DNA of 64,000 nucleotides from an uncultured Verrucomicrobiae bacterium (GTDB taxonomy: Bacteria > Verrucomicrobiota > Verrucomicrobiia > Limisphaerales > Palsa-1400), in assembly GCA_963764165.1 (NCBI GenBank), contig CAVXRD010000003.1, positions 32,001-96,000 of the forward strand, read 5' to 3'. Both the position numbers and the translations under genes were made by a program. The notes below the pieces were generated by a model. It was given only the letters and a program-made list of their open reading frames with translations. It made no database searches and was not told the DNA's origin. Positions 42,485 through 51,959 of this stretch are shown in pieces. Position 1 is the stretch's first letter. The number at the start of each line of letters is the position of its first letter.

Positions 42485-42597
42485 ACTTTTTGGGGATTAT
42501 ATGACATTTCATCGCCAATGCCGTTTGCCGGGCTTTCTAAGGTCAGGCGTGATTTGACCTTTACAGGTGCCATGCCGTTATTGTCTGCTTATGCCGT

Positions 42598-43869
42598 ATG
42601 TCAGATCTTATAGGCAATCTAATGGTGGCGCAGTCGGGTGGACCGACGGCGGTAATTAATGCCAGCGTGGCTGGAGTGGTCGAACAGGCCAAAAAATACC
42701 CGTTTATTCAGGACATTTATGGCGGGCTTAATGGCATTCTGGGCATCCTCAACGAACAGTTAATCGATCTTCGCCAGGAATTGCCTGACACGATCAGCGG
42801 CCTCAAATACACCCCGGCTGCGGCTCTCGGCACCTGCCGTTACAAAATCGATTTCAAGAAAAAGCCCGAACGCGCGGCGAAGGACATGGACCGCCTGTTC
42901 CAAGTCTTGGCGGCCCATAATATTCGCTATTTCTTTTACGCGGGCGGCAACGATTCGCAGGACACATCCGATAAAATCAATTTGGAGGCGGTCCGACGCG
43001 GCTACGAAATGCGCGTGATCGGCGTTCCAAAGACGATTGATAACGATTTGCCGCACACCGACCATTGCCCAGGATTCGGCTCGGTCGCAAAATACAATGC
43101 CTGCACCGTGATGGAAATCGCGGCGGACGTCAAAGCCATGGCCACCGACGACGGCTCCTGCTGCATCATCGAAGTGATGGGCCGCAGCGCAGGGTGGATC
43201 GCGGCCGCCACAGTGCTGGCCAAGCGCGCGCCGGCGGACGCGCCGCACATTATTTTGATGCCGGAAATTTCCTTCAACGAGGAAGCCTTCCTGAAGAAAG
43301 TGCAATCGATTATTTCTGAGCTCGGCTATTGCATCGTGGTGGTTGGCGAAGGCTTGAAGAATCCGGACGGCACCGAATACAGCGCGGACAAAACGCGCCT
43401 GGACGCGTTCGGCCATCCGGTGCTTTCCGGCGCGGCGGAACGCCTGTCGGAATTGGTCTTCGGCAAATTGCGCACCCGCACCCGCACGGTGAAACTCGGC
43501 TACGCCCAGCGCGCGGCGGCCCATTACGCCAGCGCCACCGATTGCGCGGAGGCGTATGCCTGCGGCGAAGCGGCAGTCCGCGCGGCGGCGGAAGGCAAAA
43601 CAGGATTCATGGTCAAACTCGTCCGCGCTCCGGGCGAGGAATATGCTTGGACGACGGGATTGCAGCCGTTGGGCGACATCGCCAATGTTGAGCACATGGT
43701 GCCCCGCACATGGCTGACTGAAGACGGTTTTCTGCCGAATGACGAATTTATCCGCTATTGCCGCCCGCTGATCAAAGGCGAAGTCCGCCCACCCACCGAA
43801 GGCGGATTGCCGAAATACGTCGTTCTGCAACGGCACACCATTCCGCAGAAACTCGCCCGGCGCGAATAA
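42598..43869 (+). CDS. pfp: 6-phosphofructokinase, probably PPi-dependent
   Basis: AQSGGPTAVIN, GGNDS (Asp at the PPi-determining position), PKTIDND, EVMGR. Confidence 0.9.
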   Translation: MSDLIGNLMVAQSGGPTAVINASVAGVVEQAKKYPFIQDIYGGLNGILGILNEQLIDLRQELPDTISGLKYTPAAALGTCRYKIDFKKKPERAAKDMDRLFQVLAAHNIRYFFYAGGNDSQDTSDKINLEAVRRGYEMRVIGVPKTIDNDLPHTDHCPGFGSVAKYNACTVMEIAADVKAMATDDGSCCIIEVMGRSAGWIAAATVLAKRAPADAPHIILMPEISFNEEAFLKKVQSIISELGYCIVVVGEGLKNPDGTEYSADKTRLDAFGHPVLSGAAERLSELVFGKLRTRTRTVKLGYAQRAAAHYASATDCAEAYACGEAAVRAAAEGKTGFMVKLVRAPGEEYAWTTGLQPLGDIANVEHMVPRTWLTEDGFLPNDEFIRYCRPLIKGEVRPPTEGGLPKYVVLQRHTIPQKLARRE

Positions 43870-43887
43870 GTCGCGCCGACGCCGGAA

Positions 43888-44652
43888 TTAAGGAACGCGC
43901 TCGATTTCGAAGTCGTCGAAGGCCGAGACACTATCGGCTTTCGTCCATAGCCCCGCTTTGCCGGCGTTCGAGAACGTGCGATCGTTTCTGTCAACTCGAA
44001 GGACGCCGTCGAGATAAATTTTGAGGCGCCGCCCCTTTGCTTCAAACCGCAGCCGGTGCCAAGCGCCTGGTGAGACAGGAGCGGGAACTTCAATGATCTT
44101 CGAGCGGATTCCGTTGACGGTTTTGAAAAGGATGACGTTGTTTTCCAGGGCGTTAGCGCGAGCGATGTAATAATTCCCTGGCGTGTAACGCAGAACAATG
44201 CCTCCCGCCTGATCGAGTTTTCCCGAAATCGGCTTGAAGCTGACTTCCGCCGCAATATCGCGCGCCTCAATGCCGTCCCAAACGCACAACGGAAAACGTG
44301 TATTGACAGATTCACTCGACTCCTGCATGAGCACTTTTTGATGATCAGGCGCGGAAGGATCATCACGCACGGCCCAGACAGGCGGCCCGCCGCCGCCCGT
44401 AAGTGCCGTCGTGAACCCGGGCGGAATCTGGCCCGTCGCTGAGTCAAAATGAATTTTCACGGGCTCGAACGTTTCCACCCGCGGAGGCAGGCTGCAACCG
44501 CCGATCCAAACAGCCAGTACGGCTGGTAGGGCGAGGCTCCTGCCGAGCCATCTTCGGCAAAAGGGAAGGCTCGGCAGGAGCCTCGCCCTACCGTGCCGAT
44601 CTTTTTGCAGTGTGATCTGTTTGTCCGTTATCGATTGGCGTTTCGCTATCAT
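43888..44652 (-). CDS. Exported DUF1080/LamG-like (concanavalin fold) lipoprotein
   Basis: Lipobox-like WIGGC; SGKLDQAGGIV, YYIARANALENNV, WHRL, GKAGLWTKADS. Start uncertain because a REP lies in the 5' coding region. Confidence 0.7.
   Translation of the reverse strand: MIAKRQSITDKQITLQKDRHGRARLLPSLPFCRRWLGRSLALPAVLAVWIGGCSLPPRVETFEPVKIHFDSATGQIPPGFTTALTGGGGPPVWAVRDDPSAPDHQKVLMQESSESVNTRFPLCVWDGIEARDIAAEVSFKPISGKLDQAGGIVLRYTPGNYYIARANALENNVILFKTVNGIRSKIIEVPAPVSPGAWHRLRFEAKGRRLKIYLDGVLRVDRNDRTFSNAGKAGLWTKADSVSAFDDFEIERVP
44525..44592. repeat. REP doublet with perfect 25-bp arms
   Basis: GGTAGGGCGAGGCTCCTGCCGAGCC (44525-44549) and its exact reverse complement (44568-44592). Confidence 0.9.
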
Positions 44653-44749
44653 TTGCAAAATAAGAATTGTTGCCCGTCCTAATTTCAAAACAAAATTGCA
44701 ACTTCACTTTAATCTTTAGCCCGTCCGGGCGAGCCGTTAAAGTTCAGCC

Positions 44750-45172
44750 ATGGAACAAATCATTTACCCACGGAGCGGGCACGAGGCGATGGCCGGCTGG
44801 ATTTATCTGCCGCGCTTTGTTGACAAGATTCGGCTGCATTTGGCGGGGAAACTGCACAAGGATTACCAGGAAAATTTCACCAAGGGTTTTGACGGCGCGT
44901 GGCTCAAGGCGGCCGGTGTTTCGGCTGAGACGATGATTCAAGTCGTCAAAGATTCCATCACGGACGGACAGGTGGCCGACTGGGTGGCCAAAAACGTCAA
45001 GAAGACGGATGCGGAGAAGAAGGCGTTCAACGATTATGTCTCAAAGCGTGGCAGCGACGATGACGCCGCCAAGGCGCGATTGAAAATGCGCAAAGAGGAA
45101 TCCAACCTCACGCATCGCGATGACATCCACACGTTCCTCGATTACATCGACGCGGACGAGAAGCGCTCTTAA
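44750..45172 (+). CDS. DUF5069 family protein
   Basis: YPRS...LPRFVDKIRLH..G.L..DY...GFD...FLDYIDADEKR pattern. Confidence 0.8.
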   Translation: MEQIIYPRSGHEAMAGWIYLPRFVDKIRLHLAGKLHKDYQENFTKGFDGAWLKAAGVSAETMIQVVKDSITDGQVADWVAKNVKKTDAEKKAFNDYVSKRGSDDDAAKARLKMRKEESNLTHRDDIHTFLDYIDADEKRS

Positions 45173-45199
45173 AGGTAATGATCATCGCGTTTGATCCAA

Positions 45200-45300
45200 A
45201 GGTAGGGACGCCTCGCCGAGGCGTCCGGGCTTGCGCGTGGACAATGCCTCACCCCGGACGCCTCGGGCGGAAGGTCCGCTTCCCAAAGGCGTCCCTGCCT
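45200..45300. repeat. REP doublet related to 41183-41263, with an insertion in the right arm
   Basis: GGTAGGGACGCCTCGCCGAGGCGTCC; shared spacer TTGCGCGTG..ATGCCTCACCCC; right arm interrupted. Confidence 0.8.
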
Positions 45301-45302
45301 TC

Positions 45303-46172
45303 ATGGGTTTAACGATCATCACCGACGAGCGCTGCGCAGAGTATACCTCGCCGGGCCACCCCGAGCGCCCAGCGCGAGTGACGTCAACGACAGCGTTGCT
45401 CAAGTCGCAATCCGAACTTCCATTGGAATGGGCTGTCCCACCGCTGGCGGGCGACGCCGCGATTTTGCGGGCGCACACTCAGGAGCACTTGGAACGCCTC
45501 GCGCTCCCGTTTGATTTTGACGCGGACACGGCGGCGCACCCCGGGATCGAAACGCACGCGCGCCGCTCAGCGGGAGGGGCGTTGCTGGCGCAGTCATTGG
45601 CTCGCGAAGGCAGGACGGCGTTTAGTTTGCTGCGCCCGCCGGGCCATCATGCCACGCCTTGTCGCGCGATGGGATTCTGCTACTTGAACTCCATCGCCAT
45701 CGCTGCGTTGGAAGCGCAAGCCGCCGGATTCAAGCGCGTGGCCGTTTTCGATTTCGATGTTCATCATGGAAATGGAACGGAGGAAATTCTTCTTGATAGG
45801 CAGGGAATTGCATTTTATTCGATTCACCAATTCCCTTGCTATCCCGGCACTGGTGAGACGAATCGCGGCAAGAACTGTTTCAATTATCCCGTGCCGCCGC
45901 AAACTCCGCGCCTGGAGTATCGCGCCATCCTTGAGAAGGCGCTGAAAGATTTGAAAGTATTCGGCCCGGATATCATTGGCGTGTCGGCGGGATTCGACGC
46001 CTATCGAAACGACCCGCTGGCGGATGGCACGCTTGAAGCCGAGGATTTTCGCTGGCTCGGTGAATCGATTCGCGGATTCGGTGCGCCGGCGTTCAGCGTT
46101 CTCGAGGGTGGTTACAGCGACAATTTGGCGGAACTGGTATTCGCGTATCTGAAGGGCATTAATCCCACATGA
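45303..46172 (+). CDS. Histone-deacetylase-family Zn amidohydrolase
   Basis: GHPERPAR, RPPGHHA, GFCYLN, DFDVHHGNGT, SAGFDA, LEGGY. Confidence 0.92.
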   Translation: MGLTIITDERCAEYTSPGHPERPARVTSTTALLKSQSELPLEWAVPPLAGDAAILRAHTQEHLERLALPFDFDADTAAHPGIETHARRSAGGALLAQSLAREGRTAFSLLRPPGHHATPCRAMGFCYLNSIAIAALEAQAAGFKRVAVFDFDVHHGNGTEEILLDRQGIAFYSIHQFPCYPGTGETNRGKNCFNYPVPPQTPRLEYRAILEKALKDLKVFGPDIIGVSAGFDAYRNDPLADGTLEAEDFRWLGESIRGFGAPAFSVLEGGYSDNLAELVFAYLKGINPT

Positions 46173-46726
46173 AAATTCTCGTCGCCATCACGGGCGCCAG
46201 CGGGGCGCTCTATGCGCAACGACTGCTCGATCACCTGGATCCGAAGCAGCACGAAGTCCATGTGGTGATGAGCAATTACGCCCAAGCTGTGCTCAAGCAG
46301 GAATTGCCCGAGGGCTTGCGGCTCGCTCAAGGGGTGCAAACACACAGTCTGCGCAGCATGAACGCCCCCTTCGCCAGCGGTTCAAATCCCATGGACGCGA
46401 TGGTTGTCATCCCATGCACGATGGGAACGCTGGGACGGATCGCGCACGGCTTGAGCGAAGATGTTTTGCTGCGCGCCGCGGACGTGGCCTTGAAGGAAAA
46501 AAAGAAATTGATCCTGGTGCCGCGCGAAACGCCGTTGAATCTCGTTCACATCAGGAATTTTGAGTTGCTCATCCTGGCGGGCGCGATTCTGCTTCCGGCC
46601 AATCCTTCGTTTTATCATAACCCAAAGACCATAGAAGACGTCGTGGACACGGTAGTCGCCCGCGTGCTTGACCACATAGGGATTTCCCACGCGCTCTCGC
46701 CGCGCTGGCAAGAGGAAAACGAGTAG
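46169..46726 (+). CDS. ubiX: Flavin prenyltransferase UbiX
   Basis: VAITGASGA, APFASGS, PCTMGTL, RAADVALKE, PRETP, FYHNP. Confidence 0.93.
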   Translation: MKILVAITGASGALYAQRLLDHLDPKQHEVHVVMSNYAQAVLKQELPEGLRLAQGVQTHSLRSMNAPFASGSNPMDAMVVIPCTMGTLGRIAHGLSEDVLLRAADVALKEKKKLILVPRETPLNLVHIRNFELLILAGAILLPANPSFYHNPKTIEDVVDTVVARVLDHIGISHALSPRWQEENE

Positions 46727-46729
46727 GCT

Positions 46730-47374
46730 TTACGCCGATTGGGCGGCCGAGAGAAATTTCTGCAATTCAGCCACGGCGCGCGCGCGGTGGCTGATTTTAT
46801 TTTTGACGTCTTCTCCCAGTTCCGCGAAGGAAGCCGCAAATCCGGCCGGCACAAAAAGAGGATCGTAACCGAATCCACCCACACCACTTGCCGCCAGTGA
46901 AATGGCCCCTTCGCACTTTCCATCAAAGAACCGCGTCGGAGAACCCGGCGAGGCGAGCGCCAGCACGCAGCGAAATCGGGCGCCTCGCTTATCCGGAGGA
47001 ACATCGGCGAGCATCCGCAGCAGCTTTGCGTTGTTTGCGGAGTCCGGCGAATTTGCTCCGCCTGCCGAATCTTCCGCCGCGAACCGCGCCGAATGAACTC
47101 CGGGCGCGCCGTTAAGCGCATCGACTTCCAAACCGGAATCATCCGCCAGCACGCTGAACGGGACGCCTAAGTCTGCATTTGACAGAATCCACGCCATCAA
47201 GCCCTCCGCCTTTTTCGCGGCGTTTCCCGCAAAGGTTTCAGCATCTTCAATAACGCCGGGAGCGGCGGGATAATCCGCCTGGGAGAAAATCTGGAAAGCC
47301 GGCCCCAGAATCTGCCGCATCTCTGAAACCTTGTGCCCGTTGCGCGTTGCCAGGATAAGACGGAGCATTATCAT
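46730..47374 (-). CDS. rdgB: Non-canonical purine NTP pyrophosphatase (RdgB/HAM1)
   Basis: LATRNGHK, ADDSGL, GAPGVHSAR, GFGYDPLF, KNKISHR. Confidence 0.95.
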   Translation of the reverse strand: MIMLRLILATRNGHKVSEMRQILGPAFQIFSQADYPAAPGVIEDAETFAGNAAKKAEGLMAWILSNADLGVPFSVLADDSGLEVDALNGAPGVHSARFAAEDSAGGANSPDSANNAKLLRMLADVPPDKRGARFRCVLALASPGSPTRFFDGKCEGAISLAASGVGGFGYDPLFVPAGFAASFAELGEDVKNKISHRARAVAELQKFLSAAQSA

Positions 47375-50300
47375 TGCGGAACCGGCGAGATTTCGAATGA
47401 TCCCGTCTGGCCATTGGCATCCAGCGTGAAGCCAGCGCCTCCTGTCGAAGGGTCGAGAAAAATGCCTTCGAAGATGAGCTTCGCATTGTCATTCGGATTC
47501 ACAAGGCTGCCTTTGATGGCGCCCGTGGAAGGCGCCAGCGAGCCCGTCAATTTGTTGACAGCCGTGCTTGGGTCAAAAGCGCCTGACGATTTGAAGGTGA
47601 ACGTGTCGGTCACCGGCGTGGTCAGCGTTCCGCCGCTGAAAACGATCTGGTACAGAATTCCCGCGGCAGGCTTCTGGTAATTTGTGCCCATCGAGGTGAG
47701 GATCTCGCTTGCGCCACCAGCGTAGTAGGTGCTCTTGACGGGATCCTTGAGCCAATAAAGAACGCCGTTCAAGTCGCCGCCGCCTGAATTCGTTTCCCAG
47801 CCGATGAGAAAACCTTTGCCGCTATAAAGCTTGGAGTAAACGGGCCAGACTCCATTGGTGAACACGCCGGTGGAAAATGAGAACGGCGTGTTGTCCGCCA
47901 GCGCGCCCGCCACCGCAACACCGCCGGAAGCCGCGACGCTCACCGCGGCGAAGCCGTCGCCAGCCGGACCATTCGAAATCGTGGACGGCTGAAGCGCCAA
48001 GGCATAATGACCGGGTGGAAAAGCCGAGTCGCTCGACAATTTCTTCTCCGTCCGGTAAGCCACGAGAGGAACGGTTGCGTCATCCAACGAGATCGTGCCA
48101 CTGAGCAACCCGGAATAATTGGCTGTGTCAAAGCTTATATCCAGGTTAATCAGAGTTTTGCCCGTCGAATAAAAGTAGCCATACAATCTGGTATTATAAC
48201 CCATGTTGAAATCCACCGGATAGTTTCGCTCGGGTGTTGCCAGCGTGCCCGTGACGACGCCGCTACTGGTGACGTCGAGTGACACGGACCCGGCGTTGGA
48301 TATCGACAATGAATTCGTGCTGAAAAACAAACCTCGATAGCTGCCGGAGAGCAGGGGATAATGGTTTTCGCTAAACGTCACTCCCGCCAGAGTAGTTCTG
48401 CCCTCGGCATCAGTAGCTATCGCCTTGGCGGTGTATGGGCCCGGCGCCAAGTTAGTTATTGTCAGGCTCCATTTGGTGCCGGAGATGGTCGCCGGCATGA
48501 ATCCCGTCACGGGGTATCCACCGCTGAATAATTGGCAAACGACCTGGGTGACATTGGGAACAGTTACGTTTCCGGAAAGTATTGCATCTGTGGAGGAAAC
48601 CACTGATGAGGGAGCCGGGTGTGTAAAATCAATTTTTCCCGGCGCATTCACCTGGATGAATGTTCCCGTGAATGAGAATCCCGCGCTCATTATGAATCGC
48701 AACGATGGCACGTCGAGCGTCACGTAACCATCGTTCCACGAGTAGAATGCCCATCCGGACGCGGGCGACGCGGTTTCCAGGTAGGTGGATCCATCCGATA
48801 GATAGGTGTTATTCGGGACTGACGCCGCGCCACGACCATAGATCGTCACGCTCAACGGCGACAGGAGAGTGAATCCTGAACTGGCGGCGGTGGAGCCTTG
48901 CGTGGAGTTAACCCACGCTTCCACGTGATACCCGCCCGGCGGGAGCGCCAGGGCAGGGGTGGACCACTTGTGGCCGGCGACGTCGACGACCATGGGCGCA
49001 GTCACGGCGTTGCTGGTGCTTGAGGAAAAAACCTGAACCGTGACCGGCCCGGGAGTGAGCTTTGACGCCAGGGTTCCCTTAATAATCACGCTGCTGGCTC
49101 CCACTTTCCCGTTCGGTGACGTGATTTCCAGTCCGCCTGGATCGGTGTTCGTGATAAAATTAGCTGTGAGAACAAAGCCGTTGGTCATGGCGAAGGCCAG
49201 GGTGGGATTTAGATACGCGTTGGTTCCGTAGGTCCAGTCTATAAAAATCGACCCCTTTGCCGCCTTGGCCTTAACCGAATAATTCGATCCGAGAACGGCA
49301 TTCGTGCCGCTTAATAACCCGGCGGTGGATGTCCCGTTGCCATAAATTTGGGAAACAAAAGGAAGCCGGGGAACGATGAACGTGTTGCTGGCAGCGGTGG
49401 ACGTGTTGCCCGTTCCATCTTGCGCCATGACAAGATTGGTGTAGACGCCCGGGGCGAGGTTGGTGAATGTCACCGACCAATTGGTTGTTCCCGTGGCGTA
49501 GAAAAGAACGCTAAAATTTGAGCCGCTGCAGGTGCATGCCACGTTGGCCACAGCCACATCATCGCTTGCTGAACCCGTTACCGTCACGTCGGCATTGGTC
49601 ACAGACTCGCCGTTGATCGGATAAGCGATGGACACCGAGGGAGGATTGGTATCGACGGTGTAAGCGCTGAGCACCTTGAACGCTCCAAAAAACAAGCTGG
49701 TATCCGCCGGGGAGCCAAATCCATTGTAATTGACGGGCAAATCGGGCAATACCCTGCTGGTGCCGGCCGTGGTGGAATCATAGATTCCGTGGAAGGGCTT
49801 GCTGAAGGTGTTGAAATAATTCAGCACATTTGTGCCGGCGATGACTCGCCCAAAAACCGTATAACCCCCGTTGCTTGTGTCGAGTGTGGAGGAATTATCG
49901 CCGAGGTTGAAGAAGAACCCATTGGCAGCGGAGTCGGGGTAACCGGGAGTCTTCGCGGCAGCGAGGGTGCCAAAGGTGTTGGGAATGTTCGTGCCCGTAT
50001 TGTATTCGTTGTCGACTTGCGCCGCAAAATGGGGCTCGAAGAACCCGCTTTCCGTGAAACTTTCATAGATCGAAGTCACGGACGGGCCAAAATCGGCTGG
50101 CGCAACTGAATTGGTTTGATCCGGCGCGGCGTAGTCTCCGCCTTGCAAAATGAACCCCGGTATCAGCTTGTCCCAAAACATATTGGCAAGCGGCATTTCA
50201 TAGTCAATGCCGAAAAAACTCGCCGGGGCAAGGTAGCGCAGAAAGTTCGCCACCGTGGCCGGTTTCTCCTGGTCGTAAAGTTGAACAACGACGTTGCTGG

Positions 50301-51864
50301 ACTCGCCCCCGGCAAATCCGGTAAACGTGATTTCCACAACCGTGCCCGGCCCCGTCGGCGCCACAACTGTCAGCGTAGCTGGGATGCTGGCAACGGTGTC
50401 GCCATCAGGAGCAGTAACGACGACCTCGTATTGAGTGCCCGATTGATTGGTCGAGGCGTCGGAGATAACCAGGCTCGAACTCGTCGCGCCGAAAATCGGC
50501 GACGAGTTAGAAATCCATTGGTAACCCACTGCGTTTGTGGCGGTGACGCTAAGCGTGGCTGTGCCTCCAGCCAAAGCAGCGACAGCGCGGGGTTGCGTGA
50601 CGATGCCAGCTGGCAGGCCATTGGAGGAAGTGAACTCGATTGCAAATGGTTCGCTGATGTTTCCCGCTCCGTCCTCCGCGAATGCCGTCAACTGATAGCT
50701 TCCTGGCGGCTTGCTGCCCAGAGTCACGCTCCAATTCGTCGTGCCGACCGCGTTGTTCGTTGTCGATATTCCCGCCAAGTCGCCTGTCAAACCTTCGAGC
50801 ACCACATAAACATACGCGATTCCGATGTCATCCGACGCGGTGCCGCTCACCGTCCACGAGCTGGTGGTGTCGAGTTTGTCCCCTTCGGCTGGCGATGCGA
50901 CGCCGACAACCGGGGGGGTGGTGTCCTGCGGAGCGTTGGTGGACGGTGACACAAAGGCGAACGAGGAATAGAAAAAGTTGTCATTGGCCGGCTCGGTCGT
51001 CCCATCGTAATTAACCGGTATCGTCGGGATATTGGAGAATTCGCTAAAAATCCCGTCCCCTGGCGCGCTCAGTGTATTGAAATATTGGAGGACGTTGCTG
51101 CCGGAGTTGGTGCCGCCCAGAATCCGGCCAAAGACCGTGAAATGCATGCCGTCGAGGTAGGTGGCATTATCCGTGAGGTTGAAAAAGAAGGCGGTCGATG
51201 CGGAGTTGGTGCTGGCGCCCAGCGCCATCGCAATCGTGCCGTATCGGTTGTGAATGAGCGGCCCAAGGCCAAATTCGCTGTCGACGTGCGAAGGGAAATT
51301 CGTTGGCGCACCCAATTGATAGATAGCCAGATTTGTGGATCGATTTGGCGTCCCATAATCGCCGCCCTGCAGAACAAAACCCGCCACGTCCCGGTCAAAG
51401 AACATATTTGAAAAGACCCCCGCCGAGATGTAATGGATGAAATTTTCGACCGTGGCCGGTTTGTCGTGATCAAATAGCTGGACAAGAAAGTTGCTGCTGC
51501 CGCCGCCCGGGTAATTGGTGATGGTCCACTGAATAATGGTGCCGGGGACCAGTGTTAATGCCGCGGCCGATGACACGGTCGTGACGGAGCCGTCAGCCGA
51601 AGTTATGTTGACTGAATAGCTCCCGGCGTTGTTGGTGCTGACATTTTCCAAATCGAGGCTGGAATTCGTCTGGCCAGGCAACAGCGAGTTGTTGAAAAAC
51701 CACTGGTAGGAGCCAGCACTTGTCGCGGTCACGGAAAACTGCGCGTCTGATGCGTAGTTGACGGTGATGTTTTGGGGTTGAGAGGTAATGACAGGTATCT
51801 GGGCGGCTGCTTTCCAGGCAAAGAAGAAGCAAAGCACAGAAACCTCCAGGAGTCGGCGATTCAT
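47371..51864 (-). CDS. Large exported protein with two cyclophilin-like PPIase domains, Ig-like domains and a shared C-terminal domain
   Basis: KPATVxNF, GFxLQGGD, FFFNL and TVFGR each occur twice; Ig domains (ITSQP..YQW); DTxPPxV Big-like units. Confidence 0.85.
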   Translation of the reverse strand: MNRRLLEVSVLCFFFAWKAAAQIPVITSQPQNITVNYASDAQFSVTATSAGSYQWFFNNSLLPGQTNSSLDLENVSTNNAGSYSVNITSADGSVTTVSSAAALTLVPGTIIQWTITNYPGGGSSNFLVQLFDHDKPATVENFIHYISAGVFSNMFFDRDVAGFVLQGGDYGTPNRSTNLAIYQLGAPTNFPSHVDSEFGLGPLIHNRYGTIAMALGASTNSASTAFFFNLTDNATYLDGMHFTVFGRILGGTNSGSNVLQYFNTLSAPGDGIFSEFSNIPTIPVNYDGTTEPANDNFFYSSFAFVSPSTNAPQDTTPPVVGVASPAEGDKLDTTSSWTVSGTASDDIGIAYVYVVLEGLTGDLAGISTTNNAVGTTNWSVTLGSKPPGSYQLTAFAEDGAGNISEPFAIEFTSSNGLPAGIVTQPRAVAALAGGTATLSVTATNAVGYQWISNSSPIFGATSSSLVISDASTNQSGTQYEVVVTAPDGDTVASIPATLTVVAPTGPGTVVEITFTGFAGGESSNVVVQLYDQEKPATVANFLRYLAPASFFGIDYEMPLANMFWDKLIPGFILQGGDYAAPDQTNSVAPADFGPSVTSIYESFTESGFFEPHFAAQVDNEYNTGTNIPNTFGTLAAAKTPGYPDSAANGFFFNLGDNSSTLDTSNGGYTVFGRVIAGTNVLNYFNTFSKPFHGIYDSTTAGTSRVLPDLPVNYNGFGSPADTSLFFGAFKVLSAYTVDTNPPSVSIAYPINGESVTNADVTVTGSASDDVAVANVACTCSGSNFSVLFYATGTTNWSVTFTNLAPGVYTNLVMAQDGTGNTSTAASNTFIVPRLPFVSQIYGNGTSTAGLLSGTNAVLGSNYSVKAKAAKGSIFIDWTYGTNAYLNPTLAFAMTNGFVLTANFITNTDPGGLEITSPNGKVGASSVIIKGTLASKLTPGPVTVQVFSSSTSNAVTAPMVVDVAGHKWSTPALALPPGGYHVEAWVNSTQGSTAASSGFTLLSPLSVTIYGRGAASVPNNTYLSDGSTYLETASPASGWAFYSWNDGYVTLDVPSLRFIMSAGFSFTGTFIQVNAPGKIDFTHPAPSSVVSSTDAILSGNVTVPNVTQVVCQLFSGGYPVTGFMPATISGTKWSLTITNLAPGPYTAKAIATDAEGRTTLAGVTFSENHYPLLSGSYRGLFFSTNSLSISNAGSVSLDVTSSGVVTGTLATPERNYPVDFNMGYNTRLYGYFYSTGKTLINLDISFDTANYSGLLSGTISLDDATVPLVAYRTEKKLSSDSAFPPGHYALALQPSTISNGPAGDGFAAVSVAASGGVAVAGALADNTPFSFSTGVFTNGVWPVYSKLYSGKGFLIGWETNSGGGDLNGVLYWLKDPVKSTYYAGGASEILTSMGTNYQKPAAGILYQIVFSGGTLTTPVTDTFTFKSSGAFDPSTAVNKLTGSLAPSTGAIKGSLVNPNDNAKLIFEGIFLDPSTGGAGFTLDANGQTGSFEISPVPQ

Positions 51865-51959
51865 TCAGCCCGCACTATACGGATATCAGGGAAAAGCGGA
51901 AGCAAAAAGTGCGAAAATTCGGCTTGGAACTTGTCGTGGGGCAATGTCACATATCTGGC

